Shown here in pieces: positions 1-8,954 of a stretch of DNA of 48,591 nt (position 1 is the first letter of the stretch; each line of letters begins with the position of its first letter). The DNA comes from a virus. The stretch lies in UHGV virus genome UHGV-0185643, one strand, 5' to 3'. The translations under genes were made by a program, and so were the position numbers. The notes below the pieces were generated by a model. The model made no database searches. It was not told the origin of the DNA and worked only from the letters and a program-made list of their open reading frames with translations.

Positions 1-774
1 ATGTCATCAGAAAATTTTGTCACCTTCTGGCTCGCTAGAGCCGATCTTCCATACTTTCTTGAACCTCATGAATTTTACGTTTCGGAGGCCAAGCGTAGAC
101 TTCTATCGCAGTTTGGCGATTTAGAACAAGAAGCAGAAAGGAGGGAACAACAGTATTTGGAAGCTACCTCAAAATATTTCGATCCTGATAACGATGATCC
201 AATGGCTGCCTACGAGCAAGCCTACCACGTGGGAATTAATTATGTATGGTCGCTTCTGGAGATGCAAAATACCGTGTTGTTGGCATTAACGGCAGGAATG
301 TACCACCAGTTTGATAAAAAACTAAGAGAACACACCATCAAAGAACTAAGTAACTGGTGCAAAAGAGAATTAATTACTCCCATGATCTGGAATATAACTT
401 TCCATCAGCTTATTGATTTACTCGAATGGATTGGCCTCAAAATCAATGGAACCGGATACGGAGAGAGGATCAAAGCCTGTAACTTGGTAGTAAACGTATA
501 CAAGCATGGGGACGGGCCTGCGCATCAAACACTATCATTCAATCATCCTGAGTACTATCAACACCCTACCGATGTTCGAGGTACGCAGAACATACATGAC
601 CATGATGATTTACATGTATCAGAAGAGCAATTTGTAGAGTTTGCTGACGCAATAACTGAATTCTGGAAAGCAGTTCCAGAGAATTGCTATTACTCAGATC
701 TCAAAGAAGAACCCAAATGGTTGAGTAAAGTCGTAACAAAATTCGATAAAAAACAGAAGGGAAATAGGGACTAA
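1..774 (+). CDS. Hypothetical protein (257 aa), AT-rich cargo-like gene; may be 5'-truncated by the window edge
   Basis: ORF begins with ATG at position 1 and runs to a stop at 772-774; no motif I recognise. Confidence 0.4.
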   Translation: MSSENFVTFWLARADLPYFLEPHEFYVSEAKRRLLSQFGDLEQEAERREQQYLEATSKYFDPDNDDPMAAYEQAYHVGINYVWSLLEMQNTVLLALTAGMYHQFDKKLREHTIKELSNWCKRELITPMIWNITFHQLIDLLEWIGLKINGTGYGERIKACNLVVNVYKHGDGPAHQTLSFNHPEYYQHPTDVRGTQNIHDHDDLHVSEEQFVEFADAITEFWKAVPENCYYSDLKEEPKWLSKVVTKFDKKQKGNRD

Positions 775-882
775 TTACCCATCTCAAAACATCAAGTTTG
801 CAGTGCCCTGCTCCCCGTTTATTAGTATGGAAGTTAACAATGTCTGCTTCTGACACATAACAGCCCTTAAGATGGTAACTCG

Positions 883-932
883 CCGTCATGGGGTGTCGGG
901 GGTCGGAGGTTCAAATCCTCTCGTGCCGACCA
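883..932 (+). tRNA. Partial tRNA-Pro-like sequence (anticodon loop with GGG, T-arm GGAGG-TTCAAAT-CCTCT, acceptor 3' strand CGTGCCG, discriminator A, CCA); 5' half degenerate or absent, so a pseudo-tRNA or att-site remnant
   Basis: Cloverleaf 3' half folds by eye and matches tRNA-Pro T-arm and acceptor sequences recalled from E. coli; upstream sequence does not form a D-arm or acceptor 5' strand. Confidence 0.6.
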
Positions 933-945
933 AAAATCCTCGAAG

Positions 946-972
946 AACCAGCCTGTTACGGCTGGTTTTTTT
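946..972 (+). terminator. Rho-independent terminator following the tRNA-Pro fragment
   Basis: Stem AACCAGCC / GGCTGGTT with 6-nt loop followed by a T7 run. Confidence 0.7.
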
Positions 973-1062
973 ATGCCTGTTTTCTGAACGGGGAAGCAAC
1001 GGGGAATAATTGGGGAAAAACCCCGACACAAAACATCGACTTTACCGTAAAGTTTCAGCTAT

Positions 1063-1452
1063 TCACATCACTGGGCAGTCATCAAACTCCGCGTTCCTGG
1101 CATCATTAATGATGTACGTGATAACACCAAATATTGCGTGTGAAGAATTATAGCCATCACCGTCTTCTGGCAGCACTTCTCTTCTCCCGTTCTCCAGATT
1201 TATCAGGTGGGGCTGAGGGTGAGTTCGGTATCGCTTGATCCTGAATTCCCCATCTATCGCGCATATCAGCAGCGAGCCATCACAGGCTGAAAGCGACGCG
1301 TCCACAACAAGTAGTGCCCCCTGGATTATCCCTTCCCTGAAATGTGAACACGATGCCCGCATGAAATAAGTCGCTGCGGGCTGGCTGATTAGCTGTTGAT
1401 CGAGGGAAATCCTTGTTTCAACGTAATCACTGGCAGGTGAAGGGAAGCCCAT
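1063..1452 (-). CDS. UmuD'/HumD-like S24 peptidase-fold protein starting directly at the GFPSPA motif (no N-terminal arm, no cleavage site)
   Basis: Translation MGFPSPASDYVE...DGEFRIKRY aligns by eye to UmuD from its post-cleavage residue; longer ORF 1063..1551 trimmed to the internal Met because the upstream ORF stops at 1455; no umuC follows. Confidence 0.7.
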   Translation of the reverse strand: MGFPSPASDYVETRISLDQQLISQPAATYFMRASCSHFREGIIQGALLVVDASLSACDGSLLICAIDGEFRIKRYRTHPQPHLINLENGRREVLPEDGDGYNSSHAIFGVITYIINDARNAEFDDCPVM

Positions 1453-1454
1453 GG

Positions 1455-1694
1455 CTATAGTCCTCCGTTTGGATTGAAAAGCTGAAAGGTACGGTTCTCC
1501 CCTTCCTGCGTTGATACATCGCGGAATGATGTCACATACCACTCGATCCATTCGTTAGCCTGCTTCATCGTCCAGTTCCAGTTAACCTTGCTCAGTTCCT
1601 GGACAAACCGCTGTGTGGTGACGGTCTTCCGGCCATTAGGTTCTTGCTGTATCGAAGCATGCCAGGCCATTTCAATATCGCTGCGTCGTGGCAT
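1455..1694 (-). CDS. Hypothetical small protein (79 aa) immediately upstream of, and probably co-transcribed with, the UmuD'-like gene
   Basis: ORF with ATG at 1694 preceded by GAGGGG Shine-Dalgarno at 7-nt spacing; stop 3 nt before the UmuD'-like start. Confidence 0.45.
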   Translation of the reverse strand: MPRRSDIEMAWHASIQQEPNGRKTVTTQRFVQELSKVNWNWTMKQANEWIEWYVTSFRDVSTQEGENRTFQLFNPNGGL

Positions 1695-1736
1695 CAATTA
1701 ACCCCTCTTGAATACCGGATAAAAACACAGTATAAA

Positions 1737-1756
1737 TACTGTATATCCATCCAGTA
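1737..1756. promoter_or_regulatory. Candidate LexA (SOS) box TACTGTATATCCATCCAGTA in the divergent promoter region between the small-ORF/UmuD'-like operon and the DinI-family gene
   Basis: CTGT-N8-CCAG with flanking TA/TA, the same variant I recall for the E. coli dinI operator; lies 17 bp upstream of the 1773 start codon. Confidence 0.6.
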
Positions 1757-1772
1757 AAGATGACTACAAGAA

Positions 1773-2015
1773 ATGTTCGTGGAACTCGTTTATGACAAAA
1801 GGAATTTTGATGGGCTGCCTGGTGCAAAAGATATCATTCTGGGCGAATTGACCAAGAGGGTTCACCGGATCTTCCCCGATGCTGATGTTCGGGTTAAACC
1901 GATGATGACACTGCCGGCGATCAACACTGACGCCAGCAAGCATGAGAAGGAACAGATAAGCCGTACTGTTCAGGAAATGTTTGAAGAAGCTGATATGTGG
2001 CTGGTTTCAGATTAA
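1773..2015 (+). CDS. DinI-family protein (80 aa)
   Basis: Length and C-terminal motif EKEQISRTVQEMFEEADMWLVSD resemble DinI (…QRISEILQETWESADDWF…); preceded by an SOS-box-like site. Confidence 0.65.
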   Translation: MFVELVYDKRNFDGLPGAKDIILGELTKRVHRIFPDADVRVKPMMTLPAINTDASKHEKEQISRTVQEMFEEADMWLVSD

Positions 2016-2143
2016 ACACCTTGAACCGTCATATTGCTTAAGTACAATCCGCCGTGACTGGCAATCATTCAATACTCGCACTATCGAACGTTCGCCAGTC
2101 GGCCGCAATCATGCTCTTGCATACGGCGTGGTTGCGGCAACCG

Positions 2144-3700
2144 TCAATTTTGCTGGCTACCTTTCAGCGTCTCAATCACATTCTTCAGGGAATTGAGTTC
2201 AGACATCTGTTCCTTCATCGCTCTGCCCATATAAACCATAGCGCATGCCATATCGGCCATAATGACATTATTATCAAGGGCAAGGGTATCGTCTTTGAGA
2301 CCAACCTCAATCTGATGGTCAACATATTCGTTACCGGACTCATCCACACCAACAACGTCCTCAAAAACAGGTCCACCAGGCACTATCTTTACGTACTGCG
2401 GATCAACTTTAGTCAGATCCTGGGCAATAAGGCCAAAACGCTGTGTATCCGACCCCTTATACTTAAACATGGTCGGTAACCACTGCATGACACGGTCGAA
2501 ACTGTCTTTCCCGTCCCGATATTGGATATCTTCTTTTAGATCGCGGTCTGATGTCGCATTCTTGGCGAACACGTACGATCCCTGCCAGTTTGACCCGGAT
2601 TCGTTCCATACGTCAGTAGTGATATCACCAGACTGAGGATTGAATCTGAACATCCTGTGATATCTGGCATCGCCCATAAAATGTAAGACGCCATGTGGCC
2701 AGCCATTGGCACCATTAGAAATGAGTCCCAGTGACAGACGAGTACTCCACCCACCCGATGCAGAAGAACCACCAGAAACGATTGGAGCCCAGCCACCATC
2801 ATTTCCACCAACAATGGCGGACCAGTAAGGGGTGGTCCATGGACCATCAACATCCCCCCAGCCACCCGATCCGCACTGTCCCCAGAAACCACGTGGTGAT
2901 TGTATAACCCCACCATAACCAGAAAGAAAGTTGAAACGGTATGTGTTCGCTCCTGCTCCAAAACTATTCGCGATTAGAGCAATGGCATCCAGATAATTAC
3001 CCGCACCTCGTATCCCGCCAAACTGATAGAACGAATTCCCCATCCACCCCTGCAGCTGGTTCATCATCCAGCCCAGTTCACCATCAACGTTATTCGACGT
3101 CAGTAAAATATCCTTCTTGACGCCAGCAGTGCTTTTGACGCCTGTACCCGACCCACCCGCCACCGAATTGACGCCACGGGTGCCAAGAACACTACCGAAC
3201 GTAACATCCTGAGAGTTTCCCAAAGTGAGATTATCGCGGGCCGCATTTTTATCAGGCAGATCGGCCAGGGCCTGGCTTTTCAACAAAGCATTATTGATCT
3301 GATCAATAATGCTTTTCCATGATGGTCCTGTAAACTCCGTATTGTCAGGAAGCCTGACAGTAATATTGCCGTTCGCAGAGAATAAAAGTTGCCAGTTCTG
3401 TTTGTCGTAATTCAGCCCCCGCAGCGCCTCCGTGTTCTGCACCACCATTGCGGCAGTAACCATATTCAGCGCCACACGAGGAACAGCTGACCAGGCCGCG
3501 CCAGATTGGGTTGGCCCGGTGTAATTGCTGACCAGCGTCAACGCTGTACCACTTTCCACGGACTTAACCGGAAGCGTATAGGGAACACCACCGACCGTAA
3601 CAACAATAAAATCTCCGGCCGCCACCTCAGTGGTAAACGCGGTCCCGCTGCCAGCGACCGCAGCCGAGTTATTCATCAGGGTTAATGTTCCTGCTGACAT
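2144..3700 (-). CDS. Tail fiber protein with C-terminal S74-type intramolecular chaperone (self-cleaving) domain
   Basis: Gly/Ser-rich repeats; C-terminal SDRDLKEDIQ...RFGLIAQDL...VDPQYV motif typical of endosialidase-chaperone domains; AGGAG RBS upstream of ATG. Confidence 0.75.
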   Translation of the reverse strand: MSAGTLTLMNNSAAVAGSGTAFTTEVAAGDFIVVTVGGVPYTLPVKSVESGTALTLVSNYTGPTQSGAAWSAVPRVALNMVTAAMVVQNTEALRGLNYDKQNWQLLFSANGNITVRLPDNTEFTGPSWKSIIDQINNALLKSQALADLPDKNAARDNLTLGNSQDVTFGSVLGTRGVNSVAGGSGTGVKSTAGVKKDILLTSNNVDGELGWMMNQLQGWMGNSFYQFGGIRGAGNYLDAIALIANSFGAGANTYRFNFLSGYGGVIQSPRGFWGQCGSGGWGDVDGPWTTPYWSAIVGGNDGGWAPIVSGGSSASGGWSTRLSLGLISNGANGWPHGVLHFMGDARYHRMFRFNPQSGDITTDVWNESGSNWQGSYVFAKNATSDRDLKEDIQYRDGKDSFDRVMQWLPTMFKYKGSDTQRFGLIAQDLTKVDPQYVKIVPGGPVFEDVVGVDESGNEYVDHQIEVGLKDDTLALDNNVIMADMACAMVYMGRAMKEQMSELNSLKNVIETLKGSQQN

Positions 3701-3724
3701 GGATATCTCCTGAATTAAGATAAT

Positions 3725-3752
3725 AAAAAACCCGCCGGAGCGGGTTATTTTT
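3725..3752. terminator. Bidirectional intrinsic terminator between the lipoprotein moron and the tail fiber gene
   Basis: Stem CCCGC / GCGGG flanked by an A-run upstream and T-run downstream. Confidence 0.6.
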
Positions 3753-3758
3753 GGTATT

Positions 3759-3998
3759 TCATTGAGGGCAATTCGAACTGGTGAAATTATTTTTATTCAC
3801 CCATCGCCAGTTAAAGGGATAACCGGCCCTGTACTCAGTCTGATTAACAACTTTTTGCACACCGTAAATTTGCACTGACTGGGGCTGTCCACCAAGCACT
3901 AACTCAGCCTGACAAACCGGTTTCTGTTTCTCCAGAACAGGTCCTGAACAGGCTGAAAGCACCAGGCAGACAATAACTGGAATAATTATATTTTTCAT
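3759..3998 (-). CDS. Small lipoprotein (79 aa, lipobox LSAC) moron between tail-fiber-region genes; candidate superinfection-exclusion (Cor/Llp-like in position) protein
   Basis: N-terminal signal peptide MKNIIIPVIVCLVLSAC with lipobox; AT-rich flanks; own terminator downstream. Confidence 0.6.
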   Translation of the reverse strand: MKNIIIPVIVCLVLSACSGPVLEKQKPVCQAELVLGGQPQSVQIYGVQKVVNQTEYRAGYPFNWRWVNKNNFTSSNCPQ

Positions 3999-4106
3999 TT
4001 CGATACCAGAGTTAATTATTTAAACAAAAAATAACCAATGGCATTGAATAATAAAAATAGTTTTAATAGATCAATATTCTAAAATTGATCGTTTAAATCG
4101 ATCAGT

Positions 4107-4781
4107 TTAATCATATGCAGCTGTGTTTATCGCCGTTATCACAATTCCACTATTTGTCGTACCGATTGAAGAGCCGCTTGCTGTTGTTGATGTAAGTCCT
4201 TTTATTCTCGTTCCCGCACCTTCATTGAAGCAACCTGTACCCACATCCACAGACTGAATGATTGGCTGTCCACCAGGTGCCGAACCAGCATGAAGGAGAA
4301 CAGATCCCAGCCCCATCGGATTTATGGCCCATTTGCCTGCCATGTATGTATCAATGTTAAGCCCACCACTTACAGCACCTGGTGAACCAATAGTTGTAAG
4401 GTCGCTTAATACCCGGGACTCATTCGTAAGTACCAGTGTCCCTTCGGCATCCCATATAGCCACCCCCCAGGCAGGAAGCGTAAGCGGATATATGGCAAAA
4501 AAATAGGCCTCAAGGACAAAAGCCGATCCCCTGTAATTAGACGCATTAACACTGAACGTATTGCCACTTTTTGAAGCTGATATCTTCGCCGGGGCGCTGG
4601 TTCGTGCAAATGCAATCCCTCCCTTCTGACCGTCGATAGTAACAGACGCCGAAACACTGTTAAAATTCCCCCCAAAAGTTGAGTTTACAGTGACTTTCCG
4701 GTAAAGCGTCATTGGTGTGGAATCAGGCGTGATAAAAGGGTTCCCGTTAGGTAATGAAATCAATGCGCCATATTTAGCCAT
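4107..4781 (-). CDS. Hypothetical tail-associated protein (224 aa) downstream of J
   Basis: ORF translationally coupled to the preceding ORF; Gly/Ser/Thr-rich; no recognisable motif. Confidence 0.5.
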   Translation of the reverse strand: MAKYGALISLPNGNPFITPDSTPMTLYRKVTVNSTFGGNFNSVSASVTIDGQKGGIAFARTSAPAKISASKSGNTFSVNASNYRGSAFVLEAYFFAIYPLTLPAWGVAIWDAEGTLVLTNESRVLSDLTTIGSPGAVSGGLNIDTYMAGKWAINPMGLGSVLLHAGSAPGGQPIIQSVDVGTGCFNEGAGTRIKGLTSTTASGSSIGTTNSGIVITAINTAAYD

Positions 4782-5096
4782 CTACGCAGTCTCCGCAAAA
4801 ACGATTAACTGCACTTTGACTGCCGGGTAATCATTAATCCCATCACTACCTGAAGGCTGTATTGTTATGGTGTTTCCAGATGCAATAATATTTCTTTTAT
4901 CTGTGTAACTTATTGTCCCTTTATCCTCCAGAGTACCAACCGCAAAACCGACCTTTAAACCGGGCTCGAGGTTGAACTGGTAGCTTCCCGTTTTCTGACC
5001 TAAAGCAAGATCGATGATTCCCACCACGGTTACAGGTTTAATGCCATAGTTATTCGGGACACCGTTAGCGTCCCATGTCTGAATTCCCCATGTCAT
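4782..5096 (-). CDS. Hypothetical tail-associated protein (104 aa) immediately downstream of J
   Basis: ORF start overlaps the J stop codon (coupled). Confidence 0.5.
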   Translation of the reverse strand: MTWGIQTWDANGVPNNYGIKPVTVVGIIDLALGQKTGSYQFNLEPGLKVGFAVGTLEDKGTISYTDKRNIIASGNTITIQPSGSDGINDYPAVKVQLIVFAETA

Positions 5097-8000
5097 CAGA
5101 ATACCCCTGTTAATTTGCCAATCTGCACGCGGAGAACGCCATTGCCATCTTTAACGCTGTAATTCAGATTGGTCATTTTCGTTGCCCCCTCCCCGGCAAC
5201 AGCCCCATTCATTTCAAACGTTCCGTCTGATTTCATAATGGTGCCTGTTTGTCCCTGAACATAATTAGCGGAGCGCAGTTCGCCAATTTTTGCCAGAGTG
5301 ATTTGACTATACTGAATAAAAGCATCGCTGATAAACACCTGACCATTAATAGAAGCAAACGGAGAATATTGTGTATCACCGCTGCCACTCATCAGGACGA
5401 ACTGATTGGCGTTAAAGCCGACACGGGTGACTACCGGCTTACCCGCTTCGGCCAGCACGGCAATCGACATCCCGGCGTTATACATCACACCGTTTATTCG
5501 AACTCCGGTTTTAAGAGTGTAAATTGCAGATGCCCCGGTCGCATCAACCACGGCGGTGAGCTTATCTTCCAGCGCGGCAGTCACATCATTGAACTGCGCC
5601 TGCACCTGCGTCGACATTTCAGCCATGGCTTTATCGACCTGCGCAATGGTCGTTTTAACCACCAGAATATCCGCGCGTACCTCGCCGTACTGCGCCCACT
5701 GGTGTTCCACGGTTGCATGGTTGGCCAGCGCGTTCTGCAATGCGGCTTCGAGATTGGTATCAATGTCGCCAGTCAGGCGGTCACCGTCGGCAGATGTCAG
5801 GAAGTCATCAGCAATATCGCCCAGGTAGTCGTCAGCATTCGCATTAGATTCACCACGAACCCAGTCGGTCCAGTCACTCTGATTACCAATGCGATCAACC
5901 AGACGAGCCCGGTACCAGAACTCCTGACCTGCCTTCAAACCCAGTTGGGTATATGTGTGTTGAGGATACGGAACTCCTGCAAGCAGCAGAGGATTATCCC
6001 CATTTCCGTTTGCTGAATACTGCAGTTCGGTCTGGAGAGTATCACCTGTATCCGCCGGAAAGGACCAGTCAGCCTGTATGCCCCAGTTGATTGCTGTGGT
6101 GCGCAGACCAACCGGCTTGGGAACATCCCCAGTACGTCCAGTGAGATGAGTCAGCACAGAAGAGGTCCACAAACTGGACGCTCCACCAGAGTTAATGGCG
6201 CGGACTCTCACGAGGTAATCGCCTGAGAAAATCCCGGCGATCTCTATATTGCGCAAGCCTGTTTCGGGAATGTTGATCCACTCATTATCACCACGTTTCC
6301 ACTGTGCCTGATACGCGACAATATCCGCCTGAGGTTTCCCGTTTTTATCTACTGGCGCATCCCAACTCGCAACCATGGTTGCAATACGCTGCCCCTGCCG
6401 GACCGAGTCGTAACTGCTAATCGCGATATTCGTGGGCTGGCTAACCAGGCCTATCGGTAACAGACTAATCGGCGGCGTATCCAGCCGGGCGTTGTTATCA
6501 ACGGCATCGTACTTAGCCCCGTTGTACTCTGCACCGGTGATACTGTAGGTGTTCTCTTCATCGTTAAATGTCAGATTGGTTACACGGAAATACTGGAGGC
6601 GCAACTGGCCTGCATCGATAACAAAAATGGCATTAGGTTGTGGCTCAGCGGTAAAGGCAGTAGCCAGTATCAGTTGCTGGCCGTTAACCGCCTGAATGGT
6701 TCTGCTCTCAACGGTACCGCCCAGGGTACGAATCATCAGCGTATCACCCGCCACCGCACTCGTGCCGCGATCGGTAGTTACTGACTTCAACCCTGCATCG
6801 TAATCAGTAATACGTCCACCATAGACACGCCCAGACAGCCGCTCATCTGCAAACGCAAATACGGTCCCCGGCACATAAGCGAAGCCATCGAGTCCCGTCT
6901 GGACAGTGATAATACGGTCCAGAGAATTGGAGTACACTGCCCAACCACCCCGGCGCTGAGCTTCGCTTTCACGTGTGCAGCCAATCGCGGTTAGCTGAGT
7001 CTGCTTAAACTTGAACTGCTTAACCAGATCGGGAAACATCACTGCAGTAGTGCGATCCTGATAGTGGTTATCCGGGTCACTAAAGTTAATCAGCGCTGAG
7101 CTATAGCGATTCTTTTCACTGCCGCTGGAATAGGTTGGTTTCCCGACCACAGAGGCACGGGTGAGGATCTGAAGTTTTGACGTATCCGCAGGCATATCAG
7201 AGACAACATTGAACATGTTGTTGCCCCAGAAAGTCATTCCGTTGAAGCCCGCGGCAATATCTTTAATCACCTGCCAGGCATCAGCCTGGGACTGGATGTA
7301 AACGTCAAACATGAAGCGTGGCTCGGTAACGCTTCCGCCTTTCCCGTCGGGTACCTTCTGGTCGCAGCGCTGGGCGATGCGATAGAGCTCCCACTTATCG
7401 AGCATTTCTGGCGTCACGCGGCGCCCAAGACCGAAGCGCGGCTCAGTCACAACATCGAACCAAATCCACGCCGGGTTATTCGTCCAGCCCCATTTAAACG
7501 TCCCGTCCCATGTTCCGCTATAAGTCCGCGCTATTGGATCATAGTTCGAAGGGATTCGGATGATGCGCCCCTTCGGCATGCAGGAAATCTTAGGGATGTT
7601 GTTGAATGACTTTGCGTTAAAGGACACGTACAGCAGCGCTGTGTGTGGATATCGTAGGCGAGCATCGATCACCTCAGTAATCGCTTGCACCTGCGTTTTG
7701 TTCTGCAGCATCTGGCTGGTGCTGTCATCGGTGTCACGCACCACTCGAATTTGCCAGCCAGTGCTGGCTTTGGGAAGATTAATACGGTGGGTTAGTTCAT
7801 AGAGCGAACTGAGCTTCTCTGTGACGGTTTTAGTCATGACTGTCGAGTAAGCGCCACCGTCCACCGCAAGGTCAATATGGTACTGAACCGTGGTGCCGAC
7901 AATATCCCCATCGTTTTCCTGCTGCTGTAACCCAGGGATGCCAATACGAACCAGCACCGCGTCAATCTGGGTGTTACTCAGTGCGCGGGTCCATGGTGTG

Positions 8001-8305
8001 GCCTTTGTCAGCGATACGCCAACCGTAGTTTCATTCTCGACTGCAGGGAATCCCGGTATTGGTGTCTGTGTCTGTGTGCCAGGCCGGAATTCCCATGACA
8101 CATTTTCAAAATTCATCGTTCCGTCGGGGTTTCCCAACGGCGTACCGTCCAGGAATATCCGGGTCGCATCCAGGCCACCAGCAAACTCACCCTCCCCGAG
8201 CGCCAGCAGCATGCGGCAGCGCGCCATTGACTGAGCCGAATCGGGCTGTTCTACAGGTGTATGCTGCTTCTGGCTGCCACCCTTTGCACCAGTGATCACT
8301 TCCAT
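5096..8305 (-). CDS. J: Host specificity / central tail fiber protein J
   Basis: About 1069 aa; N-terminal MEVITGAKGGSQKQHTP resembles lambda J N-terminus; position after I; start trimmed to the internal Met so it does not overlap I. Confidence 0.85.
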   Translation of the reverse strand: MEVITGAKGGSQKQHTPVEQPDSAQSMARCRMLLALGEGEFAGGLDATRIFLDGTPLGNPDGTMNFENVSWEFRPGTQTQTPIPGFPAVENETTVGVSLTKATPWTRALSNTQIDAVLVRIGIPGLQQQENDGDIVGTTVQYHIDLAVDGGAYSTVMTKTVTEKLSSLYELTHRINLPKASTGWQIRVVRDTDDSTSQMLQNKTQVQAITEVIDARLRYPHTALLYVSFNAKSFNNIPKISCMPKGRIIRIPSNYDPIARTYSGTWDGTFKWGWTNNPAWIWFDVVTEPRFGLGRRVTPEMLDKWELYRIAQRCDQKVPDGKGGSVTEPRFMFDVYIQSQADAWQVIKDIAAGFNGMTFWGNNMFNVVSDMPADTSKLQILTRASVVGKPTYSSGSEKNRYSSALINFSDPDNHYQDRTTAVMFPDLVKQFKFKQTQLTAIGCTRESEAQRRGGWAVYSNSLDRIITVQTGLDGFAYVPGTVFAFADERLSGRVYGGRITDYDAGLKSVTTDRGTSAVAGDTLMIRTLGGTVESRTIQAVNGQQLILATAFTAEPQPNAIFVIDAGQLRLQYFRVTNLTFNDEENTYSITGAEYNGAKYDAVDNNARLDTPPISLLPIGLVSQPTNIAISSYDSVRQGQRIATMVASWDAPVDKNGKPQADIVAYQAQWKRGDNEWINIPETGLRNIEIAGIFSGDYLVRVRAINSGGASSLWTSSVLTHLTGRTGDVPKPVGLRTTAINWGIQADWSFPADTGDTLQTELQYSANGNGDNPLLLAGVPYPQHTYTQLGLKAGQEFWYRARLVDRIGNQSDWTDWVRGESNANADDYLGDIADDFLTSADGDRLTGDIDTNLEAALQNALANHATVEHQWAQYGEVRADILVVKTTIAQVDKAMAEMSTQVQAQFNDVTAALEDKLTAVVDATGASAIYTLKTGVRINGVMYNAGMSIAVLAEAGKPVVTRVGFNANQFVLMSGSGDTQYSPFASINGQVFISDAFIQYSQITLAKIGELRSANYVQGQTGTIMKSDGTFEMNGAVAGEGATKMTNLNYSVKDGNGVLRVQIGKLTGVF

Positions 8306-8315
8306 ATTACATCCA

Positions 8316-8340
8316 TAAAAAAAGCACCCAATTGGGTGCT
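8316..8340 (-). other. Intrinsic-terminator-like hairpin plus U-tract between I and J
   Basis: Stem AGCACCC / GGGTGCT with AATT loop followed on the minus strand by a U7 run, directly upstream of the J start. Confidence 0.5.
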
Positions 8341-8360
8341 TGATATTCAGAAAGGAGTTT

Positions 8361-8954
8361 TCAGATGTCTTCTGCGACGATGCCAGCACTGATGATGGCG
8401 CCGCCAATCTCGCGCTCACCATAAAGAAGCGCGACCGGGTTACCCATCGCAAGGGTGTTCACCGAGCCACCGAAGGCATATGAGGGTCTATTGTCAGGAT
8501 CGTCTCGCCCCTGTAGTCCTTTGGGCTGGGGCGAAAGCATCTGGTAAATCCCACCAGCCATCATTCCGATACCAGCGGAGACCATACCCGCGCCAATGAT
8601 ACCTGCTGAACCGAACGTCATGCCCGTGACGACGATGCCCGCCACAACCATGACAGCACCCAATATTGTCTGGAACAAACCCGCTTTTTTTGCCCCTTCC
8701 ATCACGGGTGCTATGCGAATATCGGTGCTTCCGGCTAGGTTCTTAAAATCATCCGCGCCAATGTTGCGCCTGCCGCGAAACACCGCGAACGTCATACCAT
8801 TCTTTTTGGCGTTCAAAAGATAGCTTTCCAGCCCGTCCAGGTTGATACATAACGCCTTCACGGCTTCCGCTGACGTCTGCACCGCCAGTTTATGCACGCG
8901 CCCAAATCGCGCACCCAGCGCACCGTACAATCGAATCGTGGTTAAGCGCGCCAT
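8361..8954 (-). CDS. I: Tail assembly protein I
   Basis: Position between K and J; Gly-rich hydrophobic C-terminal region typical of lambda I. Confidence 0.75.
   Translation of the reverse strand: MARLTTIRLYGALGARFGRVHKLAVQTSAEAVKALCINLDGLESYLLNAKKNGMTFAVFRGRRNIGADDFKNLAGSTDIRIAPVMEGAKKAGLFQTILGAVMVVAGIVVTGMTFGSAGIIGAGMVSAGIGMMAGGIYQMLSPQPKGLQGRDDPDNRPSYAFGGSVNTLAMGNPVALLYGEREIGGAIISAGIVAEDI

Noticed and set aside
888-1109. 73-aa ORF starting within the tRNA-Pro fragment
   Set aside because: It runs through the tRNA fragment and its terminator; translation unlikely.
1063-1551. Longer 162-aa version of the UmuD-like ORF
   Set aside because: The upstream ORF stops at 1455 and the UmuD homology begins at the internal Met, so the shorter UmuD'-like form (1063..1452) fits better; a full-length UmuD with cleavage site is not supported.
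5249-6016. Long plus-strand ORFs inside J (5249..6016, 7890..8234 and similar)
   Set aside because: They lie antisense within a well-supported gene and have no RBS or recognisable motifs; shadow ORFs.
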